Assembly (NCBI GenBank): GCA_963821215.1
Contig: CAWGDH010000019.1
Span: forward strand, 130,858-194,857
DNA: 64,000 nucleotides
Source: an uncultured Acidobacteriaceae bacterium
GTDB lineage: Bacteria; Acidobacteriota; Terriglobia; Terriglobales; Acidobacteriaceae
Reading direction: 5' to 3'
The notes beneath the pieces were generated by a model. It was not told the origin of the DNA, ran no database searches, and saw nothing but the letters and a program-made list of their open reading frames with translations. A program made the translations under genes and the position numbers. Position 1 is the first letter of the stretch. Each line of letters opens with the position of its first letter. Shown in pieces: positions 42,809-51,996 of this stretch.

Positions 42809-45531
42809 AAAGAATTCTCAACTGGTTCCGGCAGAGAAGGCTCGAAGGCGACCTGGATCGCGAGTTGCAGTATCACATCGACCGCCACGTGACTGACCTG
42901 ATTCATTCAGGTTTGCCAGAACCCGAAGCGAGAAGGCGGGTAGCGCTGGAACTCGGGGGCGCAACGCGGCTTCGGGAAGAAGTGCGCGACGTCTGGCTGA
43001 ATCGATGGCTCCGGGATTTCGTGCACGACCTGCGTTTCTCGGCGCGATCTATCCTCCGGAGCCCGTCGTTTACGGCGACGGCAGTACTTTCCCTCGCGCT
43101 CGGAATTGGACCGACCACCGCCCTTTACTCTCTCATCGATCAGATCGTTCTTCGCGCCCTCCCGGTCGACCACCCAGAGCGCCTGGTTCTCTTCGACTGG
43201 AATGGCGAACAGTTGGCGGAGACCTTCGGCAGTAGCAACTTGATGTCCTACCCGATCTGCCGCGATCTCCAGCAGCAGAAGCAATTCTTCGATGGCGTAT
43301 TCTGCCGCGCGGCGACAACTATCAGCTTCTCGACGGGCGGAGAACCCAGGCTGACCGCCGCGGAACTTGTGTCGGGTACATACTTTTCGGTACTGGGAGT
43401 GAGCCCTGCTCTAGGCAGGCTGTTGACGATCGACGATGACCAGGTGCCGGGATCAAGTCCGGCGGTTGTACTCTCCTACGATTTTTGGAAGAACCAATTC
43501 GGAGGCGCCCAGGACATTGTGGGCCGAAAGGTGCTCGTGAATCAACACCCGATGACGGTTGTCGGCGTGGCTGCGCCGACGTTTCATGGCATCGACGTGG
43601 GCGAGGTCCCGTCTGTTTGGATTCCAGCCGTCATGTCGGCTCAGTCCATTCCCGGATTTAAGACAATGCTCGATCGTCGCACGCGTTGGATGCAGATTCT
43701 CGGGAGGCTGAAGCAGAACGTCTCTTTGGCGGAAGCCAAGACAGGATTGCAACCCTGGTTCAAAGCGATGTTGGACGAAGACACGCGCCGCACGGACTTT
43801 TCAAGATTCAGCGCCGAGCAGCGGCGGCAGTTCCTTCGATCGACACTGGACCTCACAGCCGCTCCTGACGGCTATTCTGTTCTGCGCAATGACCTTTCGC
43901 GGTCGCTGTGGATCTTGTTCGTGGCGACGGCAGTGCTCTTGGCTCTGACTTGCCTGAATGTTGCCGGACTTTTTTTAGCGCGCGGCTCGGCTCGCCATCG
44001 GGAAATCAGTACCAAATTGGCATTGGGAGCATCACGGGGGCGAATTGGACGCCAGCTTCTAGCTGACAGCGTGCTTCTCGCATTTGCCGGTGGACTACTC
44101 GGTGTAGCGATGGCGCCGATTGCGATACGGGCGCTCATCGCATTCCTGCCGCACAACACCGCTGCGACCGGCTTGCGAGCCAACATCGATGCGCGTTTGT
44201 TGCTTTTTGCGTTCCTTGTAAGCCTGGTCACCGGCTTCCTCGCCGGGTCTGCACCAGCTTTGCAGGCCGGCCGGAAACCGCTGGATTCCTCGCTCCGGGA
44301 GCGGGGTGGCACACCTTCCGGCGGCTTGGCGCTGCGCAGGGCGCTTGTGACGGCTCAGATCGCGTTCACGTTGATTCTGGTAATCGCCGCAGGTTTGTTT
44401 GTTAGAACCCTCTCTGGGCTGCTGGTAAAAGGTCCGGGGTTTGACACATCCAGCCTGATCTCGTTCGGCATCAGGCCGTCTCTTAACGGCTACTCTGGAG
44501 CAAAGGAAGCCGGGCTCATTCGACGAATTACTGAAGGACTCCGCGATTCAAGCAGCATTCAAGCCTCGGCGATTGCGCACGACCAGTTACTCCTCGGGGG
44601 AGCCTGGAGTAATTCTCTGACCATCCAGGCTCGTGAACGATACGTTACCGACCGCGAGGTCCAGATGAATGCCGTGAGTCCTGGGTTCTTCGCAACCCTC
44701 GGAGTCAGAATTGTCGCTGGACGAGACTTCAACGAACGCGATTCACTGGACGTCGCCCGGGAGGATCTACCGCTGCCTGTGAGTAAGAGCGGGCAGCGCG
44801 CGGTGATTGTCAACCAAGCCTTTGTAAAACGATATTTCGGAGGACGCAATCCCCTCGGCGCCCGTGTCGCTATGGGATCCGCACCCGACGCCAAACCGGA
44901 CAGCGAGATCGTCGGCGTCGTGGAAAACATTAGCTACCGAAATGTTCGCGAACAGTGGGAACAGGCCTATTTTCCCCTTGGTACCGAGTTTTCTGGCTCG
45001 AATTTTTATGTCAGGTTTCGGGGAACGCCTGAGTCGGCTTTTCGATCGATTCGGGCGATCCTTCACAACGCCGATCCAACATTGCCAATCAGCTATTTCC
45101 GCACGTTGGACGAACAAATCGACCGATCCTTGAACACAGAGCGTATGCTGGCGGCACTTTGCAGCAGTTTCGGCACGCTGGCGCTACTGCTCTCGTTGGT
45201 TGGCCTATACGGAGTGATGTCTTTCGTTGTGAACCAGCGTACGCGCGAGATCGGTATTCGATTGGCGCTGGGAGCGACGCGCGTTTCTACAGTCTGGCTC
45301 GTCCTACGCGATGCGATGGTGATGATCGCTGGGGGAACAACGATTGCGCTGCCTTGCGTCTGGGCATTGGGCCGTCTTGTTCAATCGCAGCTTTACAACG
45401 TCAAGCCAACAGATCCAGCAACAATTCTCGTGGCAGCTCTGGTTCTATGCTCGACGACACTAGGTGCAGCGCTCATTCCCGCCCGCCGTGCTTCGGCTGT
45501 GAGCCCTACTGAAGCACTTCGATTCGAGTAG
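42805..45531 (+). CDS. ADOP-family duplicated permease (two MacB_PCD + FtsX units)
   Basis: 908 aa. The N-terminus (RRLEGDLDRELQYHID) is typical of TIGR03434 proteins. Two FtsX-like 4-TM modules. ATGA overlap with the PadR stop. Confidence 0.85.
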   Translation: MKRILNWFRQRRLEGDLDRELQYHIDRHVTDLIHSGLPEPEARRRVALELGGATRLREEVRDVWLNRWLRDFVHDLRFSARSILRSPSFTATAVLSLALGIGPTTALYSLIDQIVLRALPVDHPERLVLFDWNGEQLAETFGSSNLMSYPICRDLQQQKQFFDGVFCRAATTISFSTGGEPRLTAAELVSGTYFSVLGVSPALGRLLTIDDDQVPGSSPAVVLSYDFWKNQFGGAQDIVGRKVLVNQHPMTVVGVAAPTFHGIDVGEVPSVWIPAVMSAQSIPGFKTMLDRRTRWMQILGRLKQNVSLAEAKTGLQPWFKAMLDEDTRRTDFSRFSAEQRRQFLRSTLDLTAAPDGYSVLRNDLSRSLWILFVATAVLLALTCLNVAGLFLARGSARHREISTKLALGASRGRIGRQLLADSVLLAFAGGLLGVAMAPIAIRALIAFLPHNTAATGLRANIDARLLLFAFLVSLVTGFLAGSAPALQAGRKPLDSSLRERGGTPSGGLALRRALVTAQIAFTLILVIAAGLFVRTLSGLLVKGPGFDTSSLISFGIRPSLNGYSGAKEAGLIRRITEGLRDSSSIQASAIAHDQLLLGGAWSNSLTIQARERYVTDREVQMNAVSPGFFATLGVRIVAGRDFNERDSLDVAREDLPLPVSKSGQRAVIVNQAFVKRYFGGRNPLGARVAMGSAPDAKPDSEIVGVVENISYRNVREQWEQAYFPLGTEFSGSNFYVRFRGTPESAFRSIRAILHNADPTLPISYFRTLDEQIDRSLNTERMLAALCSSFGTLALLLSLVGLYGVMSFVVNQRTREIGIRLALGATRVSTVWLVLRDAMVMIAGGTTIALPCVWALGRLVQSQLYNVKPTDPATILVAALVLCSTTLGAALIPARRASAVSPTEALRFE

Positions 45532-45553
45532 TTAGGGAAAAGCAGGAGAGGGG

Positions 45554-45576
45554 AAAAGCAGGACAGTCCTGCTTTT
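45554..45576. terminator. Bidirectional intrinsic-terminator-like palindrome AAAAGCAGGAC-A-GTCCTGCTTTT
   Basis: A perfect palindrome 23 nt after the ADOP stop, with an A-tract 5' and a T-tract 3'. Confidence 0.55.
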
Positions 45577-45813
45577 GCCTCAAAGTGCCAGCTCCGCTGT
45601 CCACGAAACTTCATGAATCGGCGTGCTCGTCATCAGAAGGAATGGATTTAGCAATCCCAGCCTTCTCCCTGAAGTACGCTCCGCACAGAAGCGGACAAAC
45701 CGGCTTGGCGTCCGCCTCGATCCAACCCTTTGCGAGGCATCGTCCGCTGTCGAGGCAGACCAAGTGACAGACAGGACGTGCCCCATACGCGCACAACTGG
45801 GGTTCGTCCTGTC

Positions 45814-45862
45814 AGTCACCGCTTTTAGTAGTCACCGCTTTTAGTGAGTCACCGCTTTTAGT
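45814..45862. repeat. Three tandem copies of the 16-mer AGTCACCGCTTTTAGT
   Basis: Copies at 45814-45829, 45830-45845 and 45847-45862. The third copy contains the stop codon of the beta-helix gene. Confidence 0.9.
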
Positions 45863-47042
45863 GCGGCGTGGAGAGGCGTCCAGGATTGTCGCGGACCACC
45901 ACGCCATCGCCGTGCCCTCCCAGATCGACGATGAGGCGGCGCAGCGCGCCGTTGTGGAGCACGTTATTGGCGATCACGCAGTCTGCCAGACCGCTGTAGA
46001 CGATGCCTTCCGACGGGCTCCAGATCCCCTTGTGGCCATCGTCCTGCCCGGACTGCAGAACATTGCCCGTGCACGTGACCCCGGTTGACGCTTCCAGAAG
46101 AATCTGCGCCGAGTCGTGCGTGCCGGCGTTGGCGAACTTGCCGCTGCGCTTGACGAAATTGCCGGAGATCGTCACCTGCGTGCACGGGCCCTTGTTCCAG
46201 GACTCGCTCTGCGGATTCTGCCGCAGCGCAATGCCCACCGTGCCCGCGCGATCGAAGAAGTTGCCGGTGATCTGATAGCCATCGCCGCCCACAATCACCA
46301 TGTTCTCGTCGTGGTTCCACTCGACGCGATTGGCAGTGAAGGTCACGGAGGCATTTTCGCTGCGCGCCGCGAAGCCGGCGCGGCCATTGCCGGAGAGCCA
46401 GTTGTCGAGAATGAAGCCGTCCCATCCGCGCAGGCTGAGACCATCGCCGCGGTTGGCCATCATCTCGCAGTGCCGGACGCTGAAACACCACGCGTGGTCC
46501 AGGTGAATGCCATCGCCGCTGAAGCGCGCGACCTGGCTGCGCTCGATGCGGAATCCATCTTCGTGCGGTCCGAACGCGCTGCGCGCGGTAAAGATGCCGT
46601 GGATGCTCTGGCCCAGCTCGCGGCCGTCAAGCGAAAGACCGTCGACAGTGGCGCCTCGCGCGTCCGTCAAGTTCAGTAGGCCCGGGGAAGAGGCGTCAGC
46701 CAGGCGCAGCACGCTGCCGCCGCCGAAGCTGTAATTCCACCCGGGCACGCCGATGAGGGCGATGCCGGGCCGCACGTGCAACTCGCGTGAAAGGTAAACA
46801 CCGGGCGGCAGAAAGACGCCGCCGCTCTTCTCCGCGGCGCCATCGATGGCGCGCTGCAGTGCGGCTGTGTCGTCGGCCTTGCCGTCGCCGGCAGCGCCAA
46901 GATGGCGGGCGTCCAGGAGTTCGGAAGCGGAGGGATGCTGCGCGGCGAGGGTGGATGCGGAGAGCAGTGCGGAGGCCCCGCCGAAGAGGGCGGTGCGCGC
47001 AAGATGGCGGCGATTGAAGGAGGGTGAACCGGATTCCAGCAT
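45858..47042 (-). CDS. Tat-secreted right-handed parallel beta-helix protein (pectate-lyase-superfamily / GH28-like)
   Basis: Twin-arginine-like N-terminus SFNRRHLARTALFGGASALL. HLGAAGDGKADDTAALQRAID..GGVFLPPGVY is typical of the Pectate_lyase_3 family. Repetitive beta-helix turns follow. Confidence 0.65.
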   Translation of the reverse strand: MLESGSPSFNRRHLARTALFGGASALLSASTLAAQHPSASELLDARHLGAAGDGKADDTAALQRAIDGAAEKSGGVFLPPGVYLSRELHVRPGIALIGVPGWNYSFGGGSVLRLADASSPGLLNLTDARGATVDGLSLDGRELGQSIHGIFTARSAFGPHEDGFRIERSQVARFSGDGIHLDHAWCFSVRHCEMMANRGDGLSLRGWDGFILDNWLSGNGRAGFAARSENASVTFTANRVEWNHDENMVIVGGDGYQITGNFFDRAGTVGIALRQNPQSESWNKGPCTQVTISGNFVKRSGKFANAGTHDSAQILLEASTGVTCTGNVLQSGQDDGHKGIWSPSEGIVYSGLADCVIANNVLHNGALRRLIVDLGGHGDGVVVRDNPGRLSTPH

Positions 47043-47263
47043 GACCTACCAGCTTAACGGGTGCACCGCCGCCGACAAAATGACTCAGCTTTCTCGTGGC
47101 ACCTGTTGAGGTTCAATGCTGACCGCACGCCGTAGAGGAACGACCATCGCACTGAACCACGGCGAGCTTTGAGCTCTCTGGTCCGCGAAACATGAGTCTC
47201 AGCTTAGGAGAACACAAGGCGAACCTGATCCACAGATCGAGATTATCCCCTTGATACAAGGGT

Positions 47264-48433
47264 ATGCTGAAATGCGTGGTCAAAGAGATAGTCAAATTTG
47301 TCACGGAATTAGTTCTGATCGCCGTTGCTGTGGCGCTCGCCGTGACTAAATATTTTGAGGTTTTAGCGCCAGTTCTCCCGTGGACCATTTTTGCGGTCTT
47401 GGTCTACATGACGTGGAATCACGTGTTATCAAATGACCATGTCAAGAGATTCCTGAGCCAAGGATTAAAGAGGACTTCTATGACTTACCTCTACGTTTTC
47501 TTGGGGGCTGGGCTGCTGAGTGTCTTGTACCTGTATGGAATTCGCAGAGGTCTGGGAGCTCTAGATAGCCTAGAAGCGGTCGCTAAGGCAAGGGCAGAAG
47601 TGCATCCAAAGGCATCCGCCGAGGAAACGGCCACGAATCATCCTGCTCCAGCTGATGCCGCCAATCTTGACAAACCTCCAGCCGGCCCTCCAGCCAATCC
47701 CCCGCCACCGCCTAATCCGGTGCTCCGGCACAGGCCATCGGGAAATATACCAGCACCGCCTGCTCCTTCACGTTTGCTGGTGTATGGAGTCCCTACTGAG
47801 CGGCACGATGAATATCTAAAGCTATTAAAACCCCCGAAGGAGGCCAACAAGATAAGAATAGGATGTCTCGGGCGGAGCGAGCGAGCGTGCGTGGTCGCCG
47901 GTCAATTCCTTCTGCTTCTCTCTGAGGCTGGCTGGAACATCGACGAAAATAAAGTCTTTAGGCTGGATTCACCGATTCCGGTCGATGGCGTGTCTATCGT
48001 TACCCAGCCTGAACCTGGCCCTCCACAGCCCCCACACCTTGGGCGGTGGCACGCGATGAATCTTACTGAAACCACGTTGTTTTTGGCATTCGCGGAGATG
48101 GGGTTAAAGCCTAATAGTTCTGGGGATCCAACGTTGGTAAACACAACGACTGGGGTTTATTTTGGCCCGGAACCTGCTGAACTCAAAATAGATAAACAGC
48201 TGGTACTATCCCTGCAAATTTCAAAATTTGTGCTCGAGGAGAATGCCTTAGGGGATCCGTCAACCCCGAAATCATCAGAAGAAGCAGAGTGGGCCATAAT
48301 GGTCGCTAATTGGTTGCGAATCAATATTGGCGAATCTAAAGCCACTCAGTTCAGCAACATTAAAGACACCGGCGAGCAGAAGAAATACCTGCTTTCGCTT
48401 GTTCCCGAACTGATTAAGCCTAAGCCGCAGTGA
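47264..48433 (+). CDS. Hypothetical membrane protein with a Pro-rich linker (orphan)
   Basis: 3 N-terminal TM segments, a PPAGPPANPPPPPNP linker, and a ~230-aa C-terminal domain with no motif I recognise. GC content is visibly lower than in the neighbours. Confidence 0.5.
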   Translation: MLKCVVKEIVKFVTELVLIAVAVALAVTKYFEVLAPVLPWTIFAVLVYMTWNHVLSNDHVKRFLSQGLKRTSMTYLYVFLGAGLLSVLYLYGIRRGLGALDSLEAVAKARAEVHPKASAEETATNHPAPADAANLDKPPAGPPANPPPPPNPVLRHRPSGNIPAPPAPSRLLVYGVPTERHDEYLKLLKPPKEANKIRIGCLGRSERACVVAGQFLLLLSEAGWNIDENKVFRLDSPIPVDGVSIVTQPEPGPPQPPHLGRWHAMNLTETTLFLAFAEMGLKPNSSGDPTLVNTTTGVYFGPEPAELKIDKQLVLSLQISKFVLEENALGDPSTPKSSEEAEWAIMVANWLRINIGESKATQFSNIKDTGEQKKYLLSLVPELIKPKPQ

Positions 48434-48464
48434 GCTTCTTATATTCCAATGCGTCGGACCGATG

Positions 48465-48491
48465 CAGGACAGAAGGCTGTCCTGGTTTTCT
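48465..48491. terminator. Intrinsic-terminator-like hairpin CAGGACAG-AAGG-CTGTCCTG followed by GTTTTCT
   Basis: 32 nt after the stop of 47264-48433. It lies between convergent genes. Confidence 0.55.
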
Positions 48492-48542
48492 GTCCCAGTC
48501 TGTCCTGGTTTTCTCTGGTTTTCTGTCCTGGTTTTCTTCAAT

Positions 48543-51191
48543 TTACTCACGCCGCAGCGCGATCAGCGGATCGACTTTCGTTGCCCGCCGTGCTGGAATG
48601 TAGCTTGCCAGCATGGCAACCGCCCCTAAAAGCAGAGCCGTTGAACTGAACGCAACGGGGTCGGTTGGTTGCACCCGATATAAGTAGCTCTCCAGCAATC
48701 GTGTGAGTGCTAGCGCCCCGGTAATGCCCAGTCCAACACCGAAACCAGTTAGAACAATACCCTGGCGCAGCACCAGCCGCAGGACATCTCCGTGTTTCGC
48801 GCCGAGCGCCATACGCACGCCAATTTCATGTGTGCGCTGCGTGACGCTATAGGCGATCACGCCATAAATGCCAATAGAGGCCAGCAGCAATGCCAGTGCA
48901 GCGAAGATGCTGAGTAATGTCATATTGAATCGGCGCATCGCGACGGCGGCAGAGCGGACTTGCTCCATGGTGCGGACGTGGCCTATGCCAACCGAAGGAT
49001 CAATCGCTTGGAGTTGCTGCTCGACGGTTCGACCCAGCGCCAGCGGGTCAGCCGATGTGCGGACGACGATGTATTCAGGAAACCAGATGGAAACAAGGTT
49101 CAGTACTGGATAAGGTGTTTGTGCTAGCTGAATGTAAACGCCGGCCTCCGCTGGCTTGTCGAGATAAGACTTCACATCTCCGACCACGCCAACAACTTGC
49201 CAATCGAGCCGCGCAAACTGAAACCGTTGGCCGATTGGGTTTTGCCCCGGAAAGAGCAACCGCGCCGCTTCTTGACTAATGACGGAAACGGAAGGGGAGT
49301 TTTCGTCGTCGGCTGCGGTCAAAGGTCGCCCCAGCACCAGCGGAACACCCATCGTCCGAAAATAGCCGGACATAACCATGCGAATCCCGAATGTGCGCGG
49401 TATTTGCTTGCCCGCGACCGAGAGACCGAAATTTGCACCTCGTCGTAAAGGCAGCCCGGCCGTGATCGCGGATGCCGACTGTATGCCCGGCAGCCGTTCG
49501 ACTCGTTGCACAGCTTCCTCGTAGTAGCGCGATACCGCTGCGGTGGAGTTGTAACGCGAGCCGGAGAGATAGACTTCGATCGAGACCACATGACTGGGAT
49601 TGAATCCGGGATCGGTATTCAACACGTGCCAGAACGTCTCGATGAGCAATGCGGCGCCGGTCAGCAGAATCAGGCACATCGCTACTTCACTGACCACAAG
49701 CACTGCGCGAAAGCGTCCGTGCTTTCTTCCGCCGCTCATGCGGGCCGCAGCTTCACCGAGTTTTTCGTAAATTTCCCCGAAAGATGCACGGAAGGCAGGA
49801 ACCAGACCAAATAAAATCCCAGTGATCACCGCAACAGCCAAAGTGAATGCAAATGCCCAAGCGTCCAGGTGAATGTCATTCGCGCGCGGGAGGTCGGATG
49901 GGCTGAGCGCTAGCAGCGATTGCATTCCAATGCGCGCCAGCAGCAGCGCCAGCAAAGCAGCCATAATTGAAAGCAGAACGCTTTCCGTGAGCACTTGCCG
50001 AACCAGCCGCGTACGCGAAGCCCCTAGCGCCGCGCGAACTGCAAACTCGCGGCCGCGCGCGGTGGCGCGGCCGAGCAGAAGATTAGCAACATTGGCACAG
50101 GCAATCAGCAAAACGAGCCCAACTGCGCCAAACAGCACCAGCAAAATCATCCGAACATCGCTCGAAAGCATCGTCTGATAAGGCTGAATACTTAGGGTAG
50201 TTGTGGGGTCAAGATCGTGTGGAAACGCCTTGCGGAATGCAGTGGTAATGCTCCGCATCTGCGCTTGGGCTTGTGCCAGCGCTAGACCTGGCCGGAGCCG
50301 GCCAAGAACTTCGATATTCTGCCCGGAGCCCGCGGTTTGGCCCACCAGGGCCAGGGGCGTCCATACATCGGTATCGCCAGGCAAAATGGGATCAACACTG
50401 CCCTCCAACCCTGGTGGCATTACGCCGATTACGGTGAACGGCTCGCCATCGAGTGTGATGGTTCGCCCAATGGTTTCTCGATCACCGCCCATCTGTGTCT
50501 GCCAGATTCCGTAGCTGAGGATGGCGACATGAGCGCCGTCGCCGGTATCTTCTTCAGCAAGAAAATCGCGCCCCAGCAGCGGCTGAGTCCCCAGCACATG
50601 AAAGTAATCGGTGGAAACCGGTTGCCCTTTCACACGCTCAGTTTTGTTGCCCACGCTGAGGTTGTATCCCTGGACCGTGTAGCCCGTAAGGAATTGAAAT
50701 GGAGAACCGTGCTCTTGCAAGAATTGCAATTCCTGATAGGTGACGTCCTTTTCGTCGCTGCCGCGAGGCGAAGATTCCGTAAGCTCGATGATCCGCTGCG
50801 GGTGCGGATACGGCAGCGGACGAAATACTACTCCATAAACTATGCTGAAAATCGCGGTATTAGCCCCGATCCCCAGCGCCAGTGTGATCACCACTGTGAC
50901 TGCAAATCCGGGCGACTTCCGCAGAACCCGGAAAGCAAACCGAAGATCCTGAAGAAGCGTTTCCAGGAAAGGTAATCCTTCCTCCGCGTGAAACTGCTCG
51001 CGGATCGTTTCCACTCCTCCCAACTTTAGCCGCGCTTGCCGCTTGGCCTCATCCGGCGGCATGCCCGCGTGAATGCTTTCTTCCGTCTGCATCGCGAGAT
51101 GCTGTTCCATCTCCTCGCGGAGCCGCTCATCGCCGCGACGGCCGGTCATGAAATTTCGGATACGCGCAAACCAGCGATTCACGGATCTCAC
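48543..51191 (-). CDS. ADOP-family duplicated permease
   Basis: 882 aa with the same architecture as 42805-45531, and N-terminus RRGDERLREEMEQHL. 4-nt overlap with the PadR gene. Confidence 0.85.
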   Translation of the reverse strand: MRSVNRWFARIRNFMTGRRGDERLREEMEQHLAMQTEESIHAGMPPDEAKRQARLKLGGVETIREQFHAEEGLPFLETLLQDLRFAFRVLRKSPGFAVTVVITLALGIGANTAIFSIVYGVVFRPLPYPHPQRIIELTESSPRGSDEKDVTYQELQFLQEHGSPFQFLTGYTVQGYNLSVGNKTERVKGQPVSTDYFHVLGTQPLLGRDFLAEEDTGDGAHVAILSYGIWQTQMGGDRETIGRTITLDGEPFTVIGVMPPGLEGSVDPILPGDTDVWTPLALVGQTAGSGQNIEVLGRLRPGLALAQAQAQMRSITTAFRKAFPHDLDPTTTLSIQPYQTMLSSDVRMILLVLFGAVGLVLLIACANVANLLLGRATARGREFAVRAALGASRTRLVRQVLTESVLLSIMAALLALLLARIGMQSLLALSPSDLPRANDIHLDAWAFAFTLAVAVITGILFGLVPAFRASFGEIYEKLGEAAARMSGGRKHGRFRAVLVVSEVAMCLILLTGAALLIETFWHVLNTDPGFNPSHVVSIEVYLSGSRYNSTAAVSRYYEEAVQRVERLPGIQSASAITAGLPLRRGANFGLSVAGKQIPRTFGIRMVMSGYFRTMGVPLVLGRPLTAADDENSPSVSVISQEAARLLFPGQNPIGQRFQFARLDWQVVGVVGDVKSYLDKPAEAGVYIQLAQTPYPVLNLVSIWFPEYIVVRTSADPLALGRTVEQQLQAIDPSVGIGHVRTMEQVRSAAVAMRRFNMTLLSIFAALALLLASIGIYGVIAYSVTQRTHEIGVRMALGAKHGDVLRLVLRQGIVLTGFGVGLGITGALALTRLLESYLYRVQPTDPVAFSSTALLLGAVAMLASYIPARRATKVDPLIALRRE

Positions 51192-51535
51192 GCCAGGTCC
51201 TCCGCCTTCACTTCAAAGAACCGGGCAATGATGGCTGAAGTTTGTTCCCAATCGCGCTTTTCGGTTTCGAGCAGCTTGTGTCCCTCCCGCGTCAGCCGAT
51301 AAAAGCGAGCCCTACGATTGTTCTCCGAAGTGGCCCAGTCAGAAGTAATTGCCCCTTCCTGTTCCAGCCTCAGCAGAACGGGGTAGAGGGTTCCCTGGTT
51401 CACAGAAAACAAGCCGCCGCTGATCTGCTCAATCCGTCGCGCGACGGCATAGCCGTGTAACGGTCCGAGCACATCAAGAGTTTTGAGTACCATGAGGGCG
51501 AGAGTCCCCTGCGGAACATCCTTCTTCTGTTTCAT
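51188..51535 (-). CDS. PadR-family transcriptional regulator
   Basis: GTLALMVLKTLDVLGPLHGYAVARRIEQ...QGTLYPVLLRLEQEGAI. Confidence 0.85.
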   Translation of the reverse strand: MKQKKDVPQGTLALMVLKTLDVLGPLHGYAVARRIEQISGGLFSVNQGTLYPVLLRLEQEGAITSDWATSENNRRARFYRLTREGHKLLETEKRDWEQTSAIIARFFEVKAEDLA

Positions 51536-51865
51536 TTGATTCAGCAGGCTCCCATCTCCATTGGGTTACCCACAAGGAGAATGCCACAACTTCAGTGGGA
51601 AAGCAACAGGAGTTGGATGCTCCGGGGAACGCAGGACAGCAGACGGAAGAAACCCTAATGAAAGCGCGTCTGCCCGACCCACCATGCGATCGCTTAGGCG
51701 AAATCCAAAGTATTTGAGGTAGAGCTTGACGTCACTGTATTCAGCCAGAAAATCCCCGAGTGTGGGGCAAAAGCAGGGGGCAAAAGCATGACAGACCGGC
51801 CTGCTTTTCCTGGGTCTATTTTAGGGATGTTGGGATTGGTGAGTTTGACACGGAAGCGCTTCGCT

Positions 51866-51996
51866 TCCGGCCGGTTCAGGCCATGCGATGAATGGATGTT
51901 GGGAGTCAATTTCCGACAAGCCGGTTATCGCATCGACTGTTTGTTTTTGGTCAGCGAGTTTCGATTCCGGACAAAGATCGCGTTGCCGATTCGCCA
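51866..51996. repeat. ~130-bp dispersed repeat, copy 1 (partner at 54791-54920)
   Basis: Near identical, with about 3 differences. It starts TCCGGCCGGTTCAGGCCATGCGATGAATGG and ends GATCGCGTTGCCGAT(T)CGCCA. Confidence 0.9.

Noticed and set aside
48477-48540. CRISPR-like array (repeated CTGTCCTGGTTTTCT); the 16-mer triplet at 45814-45862 was considered too
   Set aside because: The repeats are only 15-16 nt and are directly abutting or separated by 7-8 nt, so there are no spacers of 25-40 nt. No cas genes are present.
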